A stretch of DNA of 58,000 nt from an uncultured Burkholderiaceae bacterium (GCA_964554145.1 CAZKNV010000001.1:1-58000), one strand, 5' to 3'; positions 39,421 through 48,234 are shown, counted from the first letter of the stretch. Program-made: numbers and translations. The notes: generated from the sequence alone by a model not told the origin.

Positions 39421-40085
39421 CCGCTCACTTGGACTTCGACGCCGTTCGTTTCGACGAGAAGAGTGGGACTGTGGTGGTTGTAACGCAGGACGCGGTAAGC
39501 GGAAGAGTCCTGATGGTCGGTAACGCAGATAGGGACGCGCTCGAGCGCACCATCAAGACTGGCGAGGTGCATTACCGATCACGCAGTCGGGGCCTGTGGC
39601 GCAAGGGTGCAACGAGCGGGAACGTGCAAAAAGTTCTTACACTCACGACCGATTGTGATGGTGACACGGTGCTTGCGCGGGTTCTGCCGGCGGGACCGGC
39701 ATGTCACACCGGAGCGCGATCATGCTTCCCTGATTCTTCTGGAGGGCCGAACATCTTTCCAGCCCTGTCGAGCGTTATCGAGGCTAGGCGAAGAGCGATC
39801 GAACAGGAGAAAACGGATAATGAAGCACGGCCAGAACTGCGCTCTCTCCCTCCGCAGCCACCGAGCTACACCCACGAGCTCCTCCTTGACCGCAATCTCC
39901 GCCTGAAAAAAATTGGCGAGGAAGCAGCGGAGTTCATTGCTGCTTGTGCTATCGGAGACGGAACTCGCGCCACCGAGGAGGCGGCTGATCTCATATATCA
40001 TATTGCCGTAGCTCTAGGGGCTGCTGGAAGCTCACTGGATGCGGTGGGAGCGGTCTTGTTCGAACGCTCGCGGAAACACGCTTGA
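39417..40085 (+). CDS. hisIE: Bifunctional phosphoribosyl-AMP cyclohydrolase / phosphoribosyl-ATP pyrophosphatase
   Basis: The N-terminal part is HisI (SRSRGLWRKGATSGN...CDGD...C); the C-terminal part is HisE (YTHELL...KIGEEAAE...EEAADLIYH). Confidence 0.9.
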   Translation: MTAHLDFDAVRFDEKSGTVVVVTQDAVSGRVLMVGNADRDALERTIKTGEVHYRSRSRGLWRKGATSGNVQKVLTLTTDCDGDTVLARVLPAGPACHTGARSCFPDSSGGPNIFPALSSVIEARRRAIEQEKTDNEARPELRSLPPQPPSYTHELLLDRNLRLKKIGEEAAEFIAACAIGDGTRATEEAADLIYHIAVALGAAGSSLDAVGAVLFERSRKHA

Positions 40086-40118
40086 TCCGAAACGTCTTCG
40101 GTCTCGTGCTCCACTTGC

Positions 40119-40152
40119 CCACCCGGGTACCGGGGTGCGCTTTATTGCTTTC
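40119..40152 (+). terminator. possible his-operon terminator
   Basis: Short GC hairpin (CCCGG-GTA-CCGGG) followed by the T-rich GCGCTTTATTGCTTTC. The stem is weak. Confidence 0.3.
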
Positions 40153-40246
40153 TGCACAACTGTCGATTGCGCGACAATTTGGGGGCGTCTCGGCAGTTTG
40201 CACACGGCTGCGTAGGGGATAGCGACTGCCCGAGCGTTTATCTCAT

Positions 40247-41038
40247 GTGAGTCCGATCCGCAAGTTCGCCCCCGGTTTGGCATTGTGCCTCTCGGCTGCA
40301 TCCGCACTCTCGCAAGTCAGCCAAGTAGAGGAACCACTCCGCTTCCCCATATCGGAGAATCAGCCGTTCTCGGGCGAGTTGGAGCACAGCTTCGACAGCG
40401 CGTTCAACAGGACGACAGCGCGGTTCTCAGCGTCGCTGCGATCTCGCAACATTTTCCTCGACTTCTTCTTAGGTGCTCCAGATGTCCACACTTTGGTGGC
40501 GTCCTATGACTTTCCAGGGCGGAGGCTTGTCGATCCGCCTGATTCGGTCCGCATTACACTTTATTCACACGAGTTGATACAAGCCGATCTGGACTACTCT
40601 CCACCTCGGAGGCGAAACCCGAATCTGGTGTTGGCTTTCGGCGACAGGGTCGCCTTCTATCCTCTTGGCATCGCCGAAAAAAGCGAAGATGTGGTGACGC
40701 CAGATCCTGCCTTCGCTGCCCACTGGCGTGAAGACCTGACAGCTGACGTCAGTTCACAAGGTGCAGGCCAGCTACGCCAGGTTCATATCGAACGTACCGC
40801 GACGGCGTGGATTCCAACGCGCGATTTCTTACGCCTCGTTTCCGTGGAGAACACGAGAGGCGAGGTGGCTGGCCTGGAGTTCCAACTTAGTGAGACAGTT
40901 ATGTTTGGCTTGCGAGAGCTTGCAGCGCAAATGAATCGTCAACCAGCGGTCCGCACCGGCTTTGTCGACGACGCCAACGACGGAACACGCAGCGTCCTCG
41001 ATCAGAGCTTTTCAAGGCTCGCACGGTACCATAAATAG
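40247..41038 (+). CDS. hypothetical secreted protein (263 aa)
   Basis: Signal-like N-terminus (FAPGLALCLSAASALSQ). No recognised domain. Confidence 0.5.
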   Translation: MSPIRKFAPGLALCLSAASALSQVSQVEEPLRFPISENQPFSGELEHSFDSAFNRTTARFSASLRSRNIFLDFFLGAPDVHTLVASYDFPGRRLVDPPDSVRITLYSHELIQADLDYSPPRRRNPNLVLAFGDRVAFYPLGIAEKSEDVVTPDPAFAAHWREDLTADVSSQGAGQLRQVHIERTATAWIPTRDFLRLVSVENTRGEVAGLEFQLSETVMFGLRELAAQMNRQPAVRTGFVDDANDGTRSVLDQSFSRLARYHK

Positions 41039-41128
41039 ACCATGCGCCCTGTTCTCTCTGCCCTTGCGTTCCTTCCGTCGCTCGCCGGCGCCGTCTTGCG
41101 GCCTTACAATAGTGCTACCGGAAAGCCA

Positions 41129-42571
41129 TCACTTCTCGTCCAACTTCGCCTTCGTCCAAATCACGATCGTCGCGCAATTCTTGATCGGCACCGCGAACTC
41201 CTGCGGGACGTAGCCCCCCGCGTAAGTCTCCACGGCGGCGACCTCATTCACGTTGAACGCTCGATCGAGATCCCCGGGCTCGTTGAGATCCCACCGCGCG
41301 TGGTCGACAAAGAGATTGATACAGCTCGCGGACTGCCCCGACACCGAGCGCGTCGGCACGAGGGTGCGACCGAATTCTGATTCGACGATCCGAAAGCCCG
41401 GGAAGAAGCGGATGATGTCCGTGACATTCATCGGCTGACGACGTTCGATCTCCTCTGCGTCAATGAAACGGCCCAATCCCATTCGGCGCCGATCCGTAAA
41501 TCCAACGCGCTGCAGACGCGCCGCGATCGGCGCCATCACATTCACTGGCTCGAGCGTCGGCGTTGCCTTCGTTAACATCAATGTCACGTGACGTGGCTGG
41601 CGCGCGGTGAGATCCACGATTGCCGACGCCGGCGCGAACCCGATCTTCCGCGCCATCACCTCACTCGTTCCCGACGGCAAATTCTGGATCGTGAACGTCC
41701 CGTCCTCGCCCGTAACAGTGTTCTGCGTTGTACCGGCCACAGCGACCTGCGCCCCCGCGACCCCAACGCGGTCAACGCCAACCACGCGGCCATCCACCAC
41801 CGCTCGCCGCAGGCGAACTGGGCGAACGGGCGCAGCGACTGCAGCGGGCAGCGCGCTATCCGTTGCGACCGCTATCGACGGCGGCACTGTCGGAAGCGCC
41901 GCCACGACGTCATTCGGTAATGTCAAATTGCGGAACACGACGTCGTCCATGCCGGGGCGGATCGGAATTTCCGGCGTCATCGCGCGCTCCTTGACGGCCA
42001 TGAGCGTGCCAGCCATGTCCAGTGGAAGTCCGCAAATCGCGTAGGTCCCATCGGCGCGGGTTGTCGCCTCGCGCAGCCGTGGCAGGCGCTTGACCCCCGA
42101 ATCCTTGGAGATGTGTATCGCATAATAAACGAATGACACCTTCACTCCCGCGATCGCAATATCCGTGTCGGGATCGGTTACGCGCCCCCGGATGATCGCG
42201 GAACCACCCGCCGTGTCGCGCGGTGCGCAGAGCACTCGACGCAGCGTTCCTGTCGATGGCACGGCTAACGCGACCAGCGCCACCCGTCCCGCGGGCAACT
42301 CGATCGGTGCCGATACGATCTCAAGCCCGATGGAATCCACCAGGGGATGCCGGAGCAGAAAACGACGCGTGCCAGGAGGGATGCTGTCGAACCGGAATTC
42401 ACCGGCCGCGTTCGACACCGTGCTGAGTCTCGTTCCCTCCACGAGAATCGTTGCGTTCCCGAGACCCTTGCCACGGATGCTGTCGATTACGACGCCGAGC
42501 GCGCCCGACGCTTTGCGATCTTGAGCTGTGAGCAACGCTGGAACCAGCGTTGCGAGAATTACTAATCTCAT
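41129..42571 (-). CDS. CarboxypepD_reg-repeat protein with C-terminal TonB-receptor plug-like domain but no beta-barrel
   Basis: Probable start MRLVILATLVPALLTAQ. Has repeated GVVIDS..G..L..A / GRVTD / GRVVG modules. The C-terminus (MNVTDIIRFFPGFRIV...VNEVAAVETYAG...ATIVIWTK) resembles a plug. Confidence 0.75.
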   Translation of the reverse strand: MRLVILATLVPALLTAQDRKASGALGVVIDSIRGKGLGNATILVEGTRLSTVSNAAGEFRFDSIPPGTRRFLLRHPLVDSIGLEIVSAPIELPAGRVALVALAVPSTGTLRRVLCAPRDTAGGSAIIRGRVTDPDTDIAIAGVKVSFVYYAIHISKDSGVKRLPRLREATTRADGTYAICGLPLDMAGTLMAVKERAMTPEIPIRPGMDDVVFRNLTLPNDVVAALPTVPPSIAVATDSALPAAVAAPVRPVRLRRAVVDGRVVGVDRVGVAGAQVAVAGTTQNTVTGEDGTFTIQNLPSGTSEVMARKIGFAPASAIVDLTARQPRHVTLMLTKATPTLEPVNVMAPIAARLQRVGFTDRRRMGLGRFIDAEEIERRQPMNVTDIIRFFPGFRIVESEFGRTLVPTRSVSGQSASCINLFVDHARWDLNEPGDLDRAFNVNEVAAVETYAGGYVPQEFAVPIKNCATIVIWTKAKLDEK

Positions 42572-42621
42572 CTTTCTATTATATAGACGTGCGAGCCATG
42601 GCCGCACCAGGGATCTTCGGT

Positions 42622-42866
42622 CTGGCGGAGCAAGTCCGGGAGACGTGGCGTTATGGGGATCGCGGACGCGTATGCGGCGAATGCTCGACAACGTCAGATT
42701 CGCTCATATACCGTAGGTATTGCCTGAACGGAACATTCTCCGAAAGGGGATCCCAGTTGTTTTCACGTCAGCTACCGCCCTGGTGATGCCTTGCCTCCCT
42801 TCCACCCGTCGACTTGAAGACGCGCGTGAGCCGACGGATGTTGATGCGCGCGAGCAAGCGCTCGAT
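42622..42866 (+). repeat. Copy L of the duplicated ECF-sigma upstream region plus first ~26 codons (diverged direct repeat of 46391-46640)
   Basis: Hand alignment shows shared blocks GAGCAAGTCCGGGAGA, CAGATTC.CTCATATACCGT, ACATTCTCCGAAAGG, CAGCTACCGCCC.GGTGATGCC and GAAGACGC.CGTGAGCCGA. Confidence 0.7.
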
Positions 42867-42875
42867 TGTGCGTGA
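42786..42875 (+). pseudogene. Truncated ECF sigma factor remnant (29 codons: MPCLPSTRRLEDAREPTDVDAREQALDCA*)
   Basis: Aligns with the N-terminus of the sigma factor at 46553 (MPRPAPTLRLEDAREPIDVDARERAWVV). Homology stops at ~42866. Confidence 0.6.
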
Positions 42876-43199
42876 ATGTGAATGATATGCCCTAAGACAT
42901 CGAGGCGGTCATGTGTGTGTGGTTGCTGATCAACTTCCATGTGCCCAGCCGCGCGATCGTGTCAAAATGGTCAACGATCTTTCGCGTTCGACAATCCGAT
43001 CTTTCACCTGCTCTCACTTCGGTGAGTTGAACACCTCCGTGAGCGCCCACGCCGGCGCGCGCTCACACACATATATACTTTAGGGTGGGTATCACCTATG
43101 TTAAGGAGCCGATGCCAAGGGCTGACATACCGGATCATCTAGTTCTTGCCGGATCATTGGATTCGCCATATTGTGGAAAAGGCGAGAATCCCTAGGCGA

Positions 43200-43208
43200 T
43201 GTTACAAT
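43200..43208 (+). promoter_or_regulatory. candidate extended -10 promoter element (TGtTACAAT) upstream of ORF-A
   Basis: TGTTACAAT lies 38 nt upstream of the ATG at 43246. No clear -35. Confidence 0.3.
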
Positions 43209-43245
43209 AGTTGGAGCGCGCCCAGCCTCAACTCCCATCCCGCGA

Positions 43246-44718
43246 ATGATCCATTTACCGTCGGACGCATTCGTCGTCGAAGGGGTATTTGGACGCCTCG
43301 CAATCTTCGACGTCGATCGCCAGGACAAGGAGACGCCCAAGAACCGCGTGGTTGTGGACGAGAACGTTTCGGTGCTCGGCAACACGCAACCGTTTTCGCT
43401 GAAGGGGCGGCTGCGTCCGTTTCTAGCGCAGCAACAGGGCGGGATCATCGAGCGTGCACTTGCTCCCACCGAACGTGCATTCGTGTGGTTCGCGCCGCCC
43501 GGACTGGACATCTCGACGCTCCTGTCGACCGACAAGAAGGGCGCGATCACGCCAGCCGTCGGCGCGCAACTCCATGCAGTGGGTGAAGCCTTAGCTCGCG
43601 AGATCGACTTCGGGGCACTCGAGCGGCTTGCGCGCGATGTGTTCGAAGTCAGCGAGGACGAGCATGCATCCGGCTTCGTGCGGCGCATCCCTGAGTGGGA
43701 AGAGCTTCACGGTCCGGAAGCGAGACCGGAACATGCGAGAGTCCTTCGACGGCTCGACCGCTTCACGTATCTCGAGTTCCACGATCTGGCGACCGCGCTC
43801 GGGGCAACCATTGTTCGGCTGTCGGCACGGGTGCAGTCGCTGCCGGAAAACATCGAGGACGCCGAGCACGAGCTGGACTACGCCATTCGTGAATATGGGC
43901 ATGACGAGTTCGTGGTAAGGCCAGCTTATCGAGCGGCGTCGCCGCTCGTCTCGGACGTGGCGCTGCTCGTAGGGGTGCCTGCGCTCTCCGACGCGAGTGA
44001 GAACCTTCCGACGCTCTGGTTCGATGGGGACACGCCATCCGTCAGCGTCGCGCTCGAGGCGCTGTGCGTGCCGCGTTTGCGTCTCGCCGACGACGCACAG
44101 AGTGTCATCGCGATGATCGACGACCCTGTGACGGCCCTGTGGGATCAATGGCCGACGAGATTCGGTCGGATTCTGGACGGTTGGCATCCGTCGAGTCGAG
44201 AAACCCTGAAGGCGGCGGTGGCCAGGTCGGGGGTCAAGAATCCGCATGCGATCTGCGGTGTCGCACGCGATGAGCTGCTCGCCTTCCTGGGCACGTCGCC
44301 GCACGTCATCGCGTCCACGCTGTACGCCTTACGGGACGATATCAAGCACGCGTTGAATTGGCGGCGGCATGCAGTCGATAACAGGGTGAATACCGCGGAG
44401 TACACGAAGGCGGTGCTGATGACGGTTGCGGCGGAAGTCGGTTCGGCGCCGGAATCGGCCGCCGCCGGACGGCTCGAGGAGGTCTCTCGCGGCCTCGCGT
44501 CGCTGGCGCAGCAGGTGGAGACAATCGTCAACAAGCGGATGGCCGAGCTTCGCGCACAGGGGTGCGGCGATGCGGCCGCGGAAGCGATCGAGCGACCATT
44601 ACGCGCATCGATCGCCGCGATGCGAGCGGCGACGCCCGCGAGACTGGCGCGCGAGCATGCGGAGGTCGAGTTGATGCTGGCAGCGCTGATCGGTGCCGAA
44701 TGGCGGAAGACCTCGTAA
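43246..44718 (+). CDS. ORF-A: uncharacterised protein (~490 aa), first gene of the two-gene module
   Basis: Long GC3-rich ORF. The track start at 43171 is a TTG that spans the promoter-like sequence, so ATG 43246 (MIHLPSDAFVVEG) is preferred. Differences from the paralogous fragment at 54.7-54.9 kb are mostly synonymous. No recognisable motifs. Confidence 0.65.
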   Translation: MIHLPSDAFVVEGVFGRLAIFDVDRQDKETPKNRVVVDENVSVLGNTQPFSLKGRLRPFLAQQQGGIIERALAPTERAFVWFAPPGLDISTLLSTDKKGAITPAVGAQLHAVGEALAREIDFGALERLARDVFEVSEDEHASGFVRRIPEWEELHGPEARPEHARVLRRLDRFTYLEFHDLATALGATIVRLSARVQSLPENIEDAEHELDYAIREYGHDEFVVRPAYRAASPLVSDVALLVGVPALSDASENLPTLWFDGDTPSVSVALEALCVPRLRLADDAQSVIAMIDDPVTALWDQWPTRFGRILDGWHPSSRETLKAAVARSGVKNPHAICGVARDELLAFLGTSPHVIASTLYALRDDIKHALNWRRHAVDNRVNTAEYTKAVLMTVAAEVGSAPESAAAGRLEEVSRGLASLAQQVETIVNKRMAELRAQGCGDAAAEAIERPLRASIAAMRAATPARLAREHAEVELMLAALIGAEWRKTS

Positions 44719-45530
44719 AGCTGCGTGGGACGGACATCACCGTGTTCCGGCGCATGCCGGGAGAATCCTGGCGCGTGGACCGGGATGGGGTGAGCGCCGT
44801 GACCGCCGGGCTCAAGTCGCTAAGCTACGACGAGGTTGAGCGACCGTGCCAGGTGGACGACGCACTCCGGAGCTATCTGCGCGACATCGAGCATTTCGCG
44901 CCGGGGCAGATACCGAGTGCGATGGGGGCGCTTGCCGAAGCGCTCGGTCGCGGACAGGCGCCGCTCCCTGGCGAGAGGCTGGAGGCGCTAGGAGAGCCAA
45001 GCTTCGACCGCTACGGGTACGGACGCGACGAGGAGCCCGACGTCTTGCGCGGCGAACGCGCATCCCTGCGCGAAATCGAGGTTCTCGTTCGCGAAGACCT
45101 GAAGCTGCATCCGAACACCGTGGCACTGCGGCCATTGGTGGGGACGACGGCCAATGCCGCAAAGGCGTGCTGGCACTACGGCATGTGGGGGATCTATCGC
45201 CGCGACACGACCTGGCGCACGAGCGAGCTCTTTGCCGTGTACGGACATGTGAAGGGCGGGTTCGGCGGCGAGGCGTGGCACGACGTTCGGAGTGAAGACC
45301 GCGATGCGTGGGACGGGTGGCGTCCGAGCTTGCGCGACTTTCAAACAGTACGGTGCGCGATGACGGGACGAGTGCTGTATGAGTGGGGAGATCGCACGGA
45401 CGTACTCGATCCACTGAGCGAAGACCTCTTCGTGGCGGGTCCGAGGAAGATCGAGGGGCCTGGGGAGTTGGATGAAGTCCTACTCGCCGAGGATCCCGTA
45501 GAGAGGCCGGCGCTCAGGGTGTGGAGGTAG
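44700..45530 (+). CDS. ORF-B: uncharacterised Trp-rich protein (276 aa), translationally coupled to ORF-A
   Basis: The ATG at 44700 (MAEDLVKLRG) lies 19 nt inside the end of ORF-A. The same 831-nt ORF is intact at 54993-55823. No recognisable motifs. Confidence 0.65.
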   Translation: MAEDLVKLRGTDITVFRRMPGESWRVDRDGVSAVTAGLKSLSYDEVERPCQVDDALRSYLRDIEHFAPGQIPSAMGALAEALGRGQAPLPGERLEALGEPSFDRYGYGRDEEPDVLRGERASLREIEVLVREDLKLHPNTVALRPLVGTTANAAKACWHYGMWGIYRRDTTWRTSELFAVYGHVKGGFGGEAWHDVRSEDRDAWDGWRPSLRDFQTVRCAMTGRVLYEWGDRTDVLDPLSEDLFVAGPRKIEGPGELDEVLLAEDPVERPALRVWR

Positions 45531-45656
45531 CTCGTAGCGGGAGCCGGAAGGTCAAGCCAGCAGGTCGTAGTTGACGCTTGCCGGCGATCAGGTCCTCGCC
45601 GAGTTTAACAATAGTAGCTATATTATCCCCATTATTTCATTGAAGGGGAGGCTCCT

Positions 45657-45884
45657 GTGGTGAGGCGGCAAACACTCAAGAAGATCGGCGGCTCGGTTGC
45701 GACGGTGCTCCCCAAGAGCATGCTCGAGCGCTTTCACCTGGATGCCGGCGATGACGTCTATGTCGTCGAAACGGACAAGGGGCTGCTCGTCACGCCCTTC
45801 GATCCCGACTTCGAGGACGCGATGAACGCCTATGAGCGCGGAGCCAAGAAGTTCCGTAACGCGCTGCGCGAGCTCGCCCGCTGA
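45657..45884 (+). CDS. AbrB/MazE/SpoVT-fold antitoxin (Phd-like partner of Doc)
   Basis: The motif RRQTLKKIGGSVATVLPKSMLERFHL is a swapped-hairpin AbrB motif. It is preceded by GGGGAGG and ends 3 nt before doc. Confidence 0.85.
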   Translation: MVRRQTLKKIGGSVATVLPKSMLERFHLDAGDDVYVVETDKGLLVTPFDPDFEDAMNAYERGAKKFRNALRELAR

Positions 45885-45887
45885 GCG

Positions 45888-46337
45888 ATGCCGGCCAAGC
45901 GCAGCGGGCCTCGCGGCCGAGCCAAGACCCGCAGGGTCCGCGAAGGCCCCGCAGAGCCGCGGTGGCTTACACGCGTGATGCTCGACGTGATTCACGAGTC
46001 GCAGCTGCGCGAACATGGCGGCTCAGCGGGCGTGCGCGACGAAGGCCTCATTGAATCCGCGCTGGCCCGTCCGCAGCACAAGTTCGCCTACTCCCAGTCG
46101 GACCTCGCGACCCTCGCCGCGGCATATGCATTCGGCCTCGCCAAGAACCACGGTTTCGTCGACGGCAACAAACGCTCGGCGTTCATGGCTGCGTACGTCT
46201 TTCTCGATATCAACGGCTTCGACATCGATGCGACCGAGCCGGAAGTGGTCGACGTCATGAAGCGCGTAGCGAGCAGCAGGATCACGGAGCCCGCGCTGGC
46301 GACTTGGCTCCGATCCCGTATTCGTCCGTTGCGCTAA
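45888..46337 (+). CDS. doc: Doc (death-on-curing) Fic-family toxin
   Basis: Contains EPRWLT...VIHESQLREHGG..GVRDEGLIESALARP and the Fic motif HGFVDGNKRSAF. Confidence 0.9.
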   Translation: MPAKRSGPRGRAKTRRVREGPAEPRWLTRVMLDVIHESQLREHGGSAGVRDEGLIESALARPQHKFAYSQSDLATLAAAYAFGLAKNHGFVDGNKRSAFMAAYVFLDINGFDIDATEPEVVDVMKRVASSRITEPALATWLRSRIRPLR

Positions 46338-46390
46338 GCGGGGGCCGCGTCGCGGGATAGCCGACGTGCTCAGTGGACGCGCGAAGCGCG

Positions 46391-46640
46391 CTGGCCGAGC
46401 AAGTCCGGGAGAGGTCAGGTTGTCGGGATCGCGCATGCATGCGCACCAAATGCTTGACAAAATCAGATTCACTCATATACCGTCGTTGCTGCCTCAACGG
46501 GACATTCTCCGAAAGGCGACCCCATTTGTTAACATCAGCTACCGCCCCGGTGATGCCACGCCCCGCTCCCACACTCCGACTCGAAGACGCACGTGAGCCG
46601 ATAGATGTCGACGCGCGGGAGCGAGCGTGGGTCGTCCGCC
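46391..46640 (+). repeat. Copy R of the duplicated ECF-sigma upstream region / 5' coding end
   Basis: See 42622-42866. Contains TTGACA-N16/17-TATACC-like promoter elements (46456-46484) and a GGGAC...CCCATTT segment. Confidence 0.7.
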
Positions 46641-47170
46641 TCCGCGGTGGGGACTATTCGGCTTTCGACGCCATGTTCTCCGCGTACGCAGATCCTCTCG
46701 CCGCGTACGTGTATGGGCTCCTCAATTCGCGTGAGGACGCGCAGGAGATCGTCCAGGATCTGTTCCTTTGGATTTGGGAGCATCGCGATCGCTGGCAGGT
46801 ATCGGGCCAGCTGCGTACCTATCTCTATCGGTCGGCACGGAACCGCGCGATCAGCAAGATCCGGCATCGTCGCGTAGAGAGCTTTTTTCAGCTACGCTCG
46901 GAGGCGCAATCGAAGGACGTGCCGATCATCCCGACGCATGTTCTGCCCGAAGCGCCCGACCGTTTGGACGCCGCTGAATTGTCGGCCTGCGTGAACCGGG
47001 CAGTGTCGGAGCTGCCGGAGAGAGCGAGGCAGGCTTTTCTTCTCACCCGCCAGCATCACATGTCGTACGCGGAGGCGGCCGAGGTGATGCACATCTCGCC
47101 AAACACTGTAGAAAATCACATGGCGCGGGCATTTGCGGGATTGCGCGCTGCCCTCGAGGATTGGAAATAG
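46553..47170 (+). CDS. ECF-type RNA polymerase sigma factor
   Basis: Start MPRPAPTL at ATG 46553. Has region 2 (AQEIVQDLFLWIWE) and region 4 (MSYAEAAEVMHISPNTVENHMARA). Confidence 0.9.
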   Translation: MPRPAPTLRLEDAREPIDVDARERAWVVRLRGGDYSAFDAMFSAYADPLAAYVYGLLNSREDAQEIVQDLFLWIWEHRDRWQVSGQLRTYLYRSARNRAISKIRHRRVESFFQLRSEAQSKDVPIIPTHVLPEAPDRLDAAELSACVNRAVSELPERARQAFLLTRQHHMSYAEAAEVMHISPNTVENHMARAFAGLRAALEDWK

Positions 47171-47211
47171 ACCGTTAATGCCGACTAGGGGTTCGCGGTA
47201 CCTCCCGCGTA

Positions 47212-48234
47212 ATGGCGTTCGACATGTTCGATGACGCCGCCCTGGCACGATACCTTTCCAGTGAATGCTCGCCCGAAGAACAGCTCGCGATCCGCCACTG
47301 GCTGGAGAGCGATCCGGCGAACGAGCGCGAGTTGAATCGCATCCGGGACGCATGGCAGCTGGCCATCGCGCGCACCGCTCCCGCGTTCGACATCGAGGGA
47401 ATGCGACACAACCTCGCTGTGAGGACCGGTGGAGTGCGCCGCGCGAGCCGTCCCTTCAAGAGCGACCACAGTACCTGGAGGACCCCGATCGCCGCCGCCG
47501 CTGCCCTCACCGCAGCCGCGGCGGTGTTCTTTCTTCTATCCGTCAAATCCGGTCCATCTGCGAATTCCGGATCTCCGGACTGGCGCGAAGTCGCGACGAC
47601 TCAAGCTCAGCGCGCAGATGTGTACCTGAGCGACGGGACCCACGTGTTGCTAGCGCCGGAAAGCCGCCTGCGTTTCGCGGCACCCCTTTCCGACACCGCG
47701 CGTGACGTGATGCTCGAGGGGCATGCGTTGTTCGAGGTGAAGCATGACAGTCTGCGTCCCTTCCGGGTACGTACGGCTAGCGGAGTGATAGAAGATCTCG
47801 GCACGCGTTTCGACGTTCGCCAGTATGCAGGCGATTCATTGCTCCGCGTCGTGGTTGCGGAAGGTCGCGTCGCGATGGGCGGCACACGGCTCGACAAACG
47901 CGTCGAGCTGGAGGCCGGTGATCTCGGCACGCTCGGCGTGTCCGGACGAATTGACGTAAGACGTGGCGTGGACGTCGCGCGCGAGATCGGCTGGTCGAGC
48001 GGACGCCTGGCATTCGAAGCCGTTCCGCTGCGCGATGCCATTCGCGAGCTGCGCCGGTACTACGCCATGGATTTCGTGCTCGCGGACAGTGCGGTGGGTG
48101 CGCGTCGTCTCACGGCGTCGTTCGCGGACGAGCCTCCCTCAGAAATCGCGGGCGTCATCGCCCTGTCCCTCGATCTCAAACACCAGATACGTGGGAAAAC
48201 CGTCACCTTTTCTCCGCAGGAGCAGCAGCGATAA
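47212..48234 (+). CDS. FecR-family anti-sigma factor
   Basis: 340 aa with a TM (AAAALTAAAAVFFLL), a FecR core (LEGHALFEVKHDSLRPFRVRT) and a C-terminal LRRYYAMDF segment. Confidence 0.85.
   Translation: MAFDMFDDAALARYLSSECSPEEQLAIRHWLESDPANERELNRIRDAWQLAIARTAPAFDIEGMRHNLAVRTGGVRRASRPFKSDHSTWRTPIAAAAALTAAAAVFFLLSVKSGPSANSGSPDWREVATTQAQRADVYLSDGTHVLLAPESRLRFAAPLSDTARDVMLEGHALFEVKHDSLRPFRVRTASGVIEDLGTRFDVRQYAGDSLLRVVVAEGRVAMGGTRLDKRVELEAGDLGTLGVSGRIDVRRGVDVAREIGWSSGRLAFEAVPLRDAIRELRRYYAMDFVLADSAVGARRLTASFADEPPSEIAGVIALSLDLKHQIRGKTVTFSPQEQQR

Noticed and set aside
42870-43100. Small hairpins (CTCAC-TTCG-GTGAG; GTGAGCGC-N12-GCGCTCAC) between the sigma remnant and ORF-A as possible element termini or an ncRNA
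   Set aside because: These are isolated short stems with no matching inverted repeat at the other end of the module (about 46340). There is no evidence beyond the pairing itself.
44812-45414. 200-aa minus-strand ORF and 149-aa plus-strand ORF overlapping ORF-B (duplicated at 55105-55707 and 55139-55588)
   Set aside because: Their compositions are extremely Arg/Ala/Pro/Ser-rich. Their duplication simply follows from the DNA being 100% identical. The ORF-B frame has balanced composition, an ATG coupled to the ORF-A stop, and GC3 bias. I cannot formally exclude them without codon-model tests.
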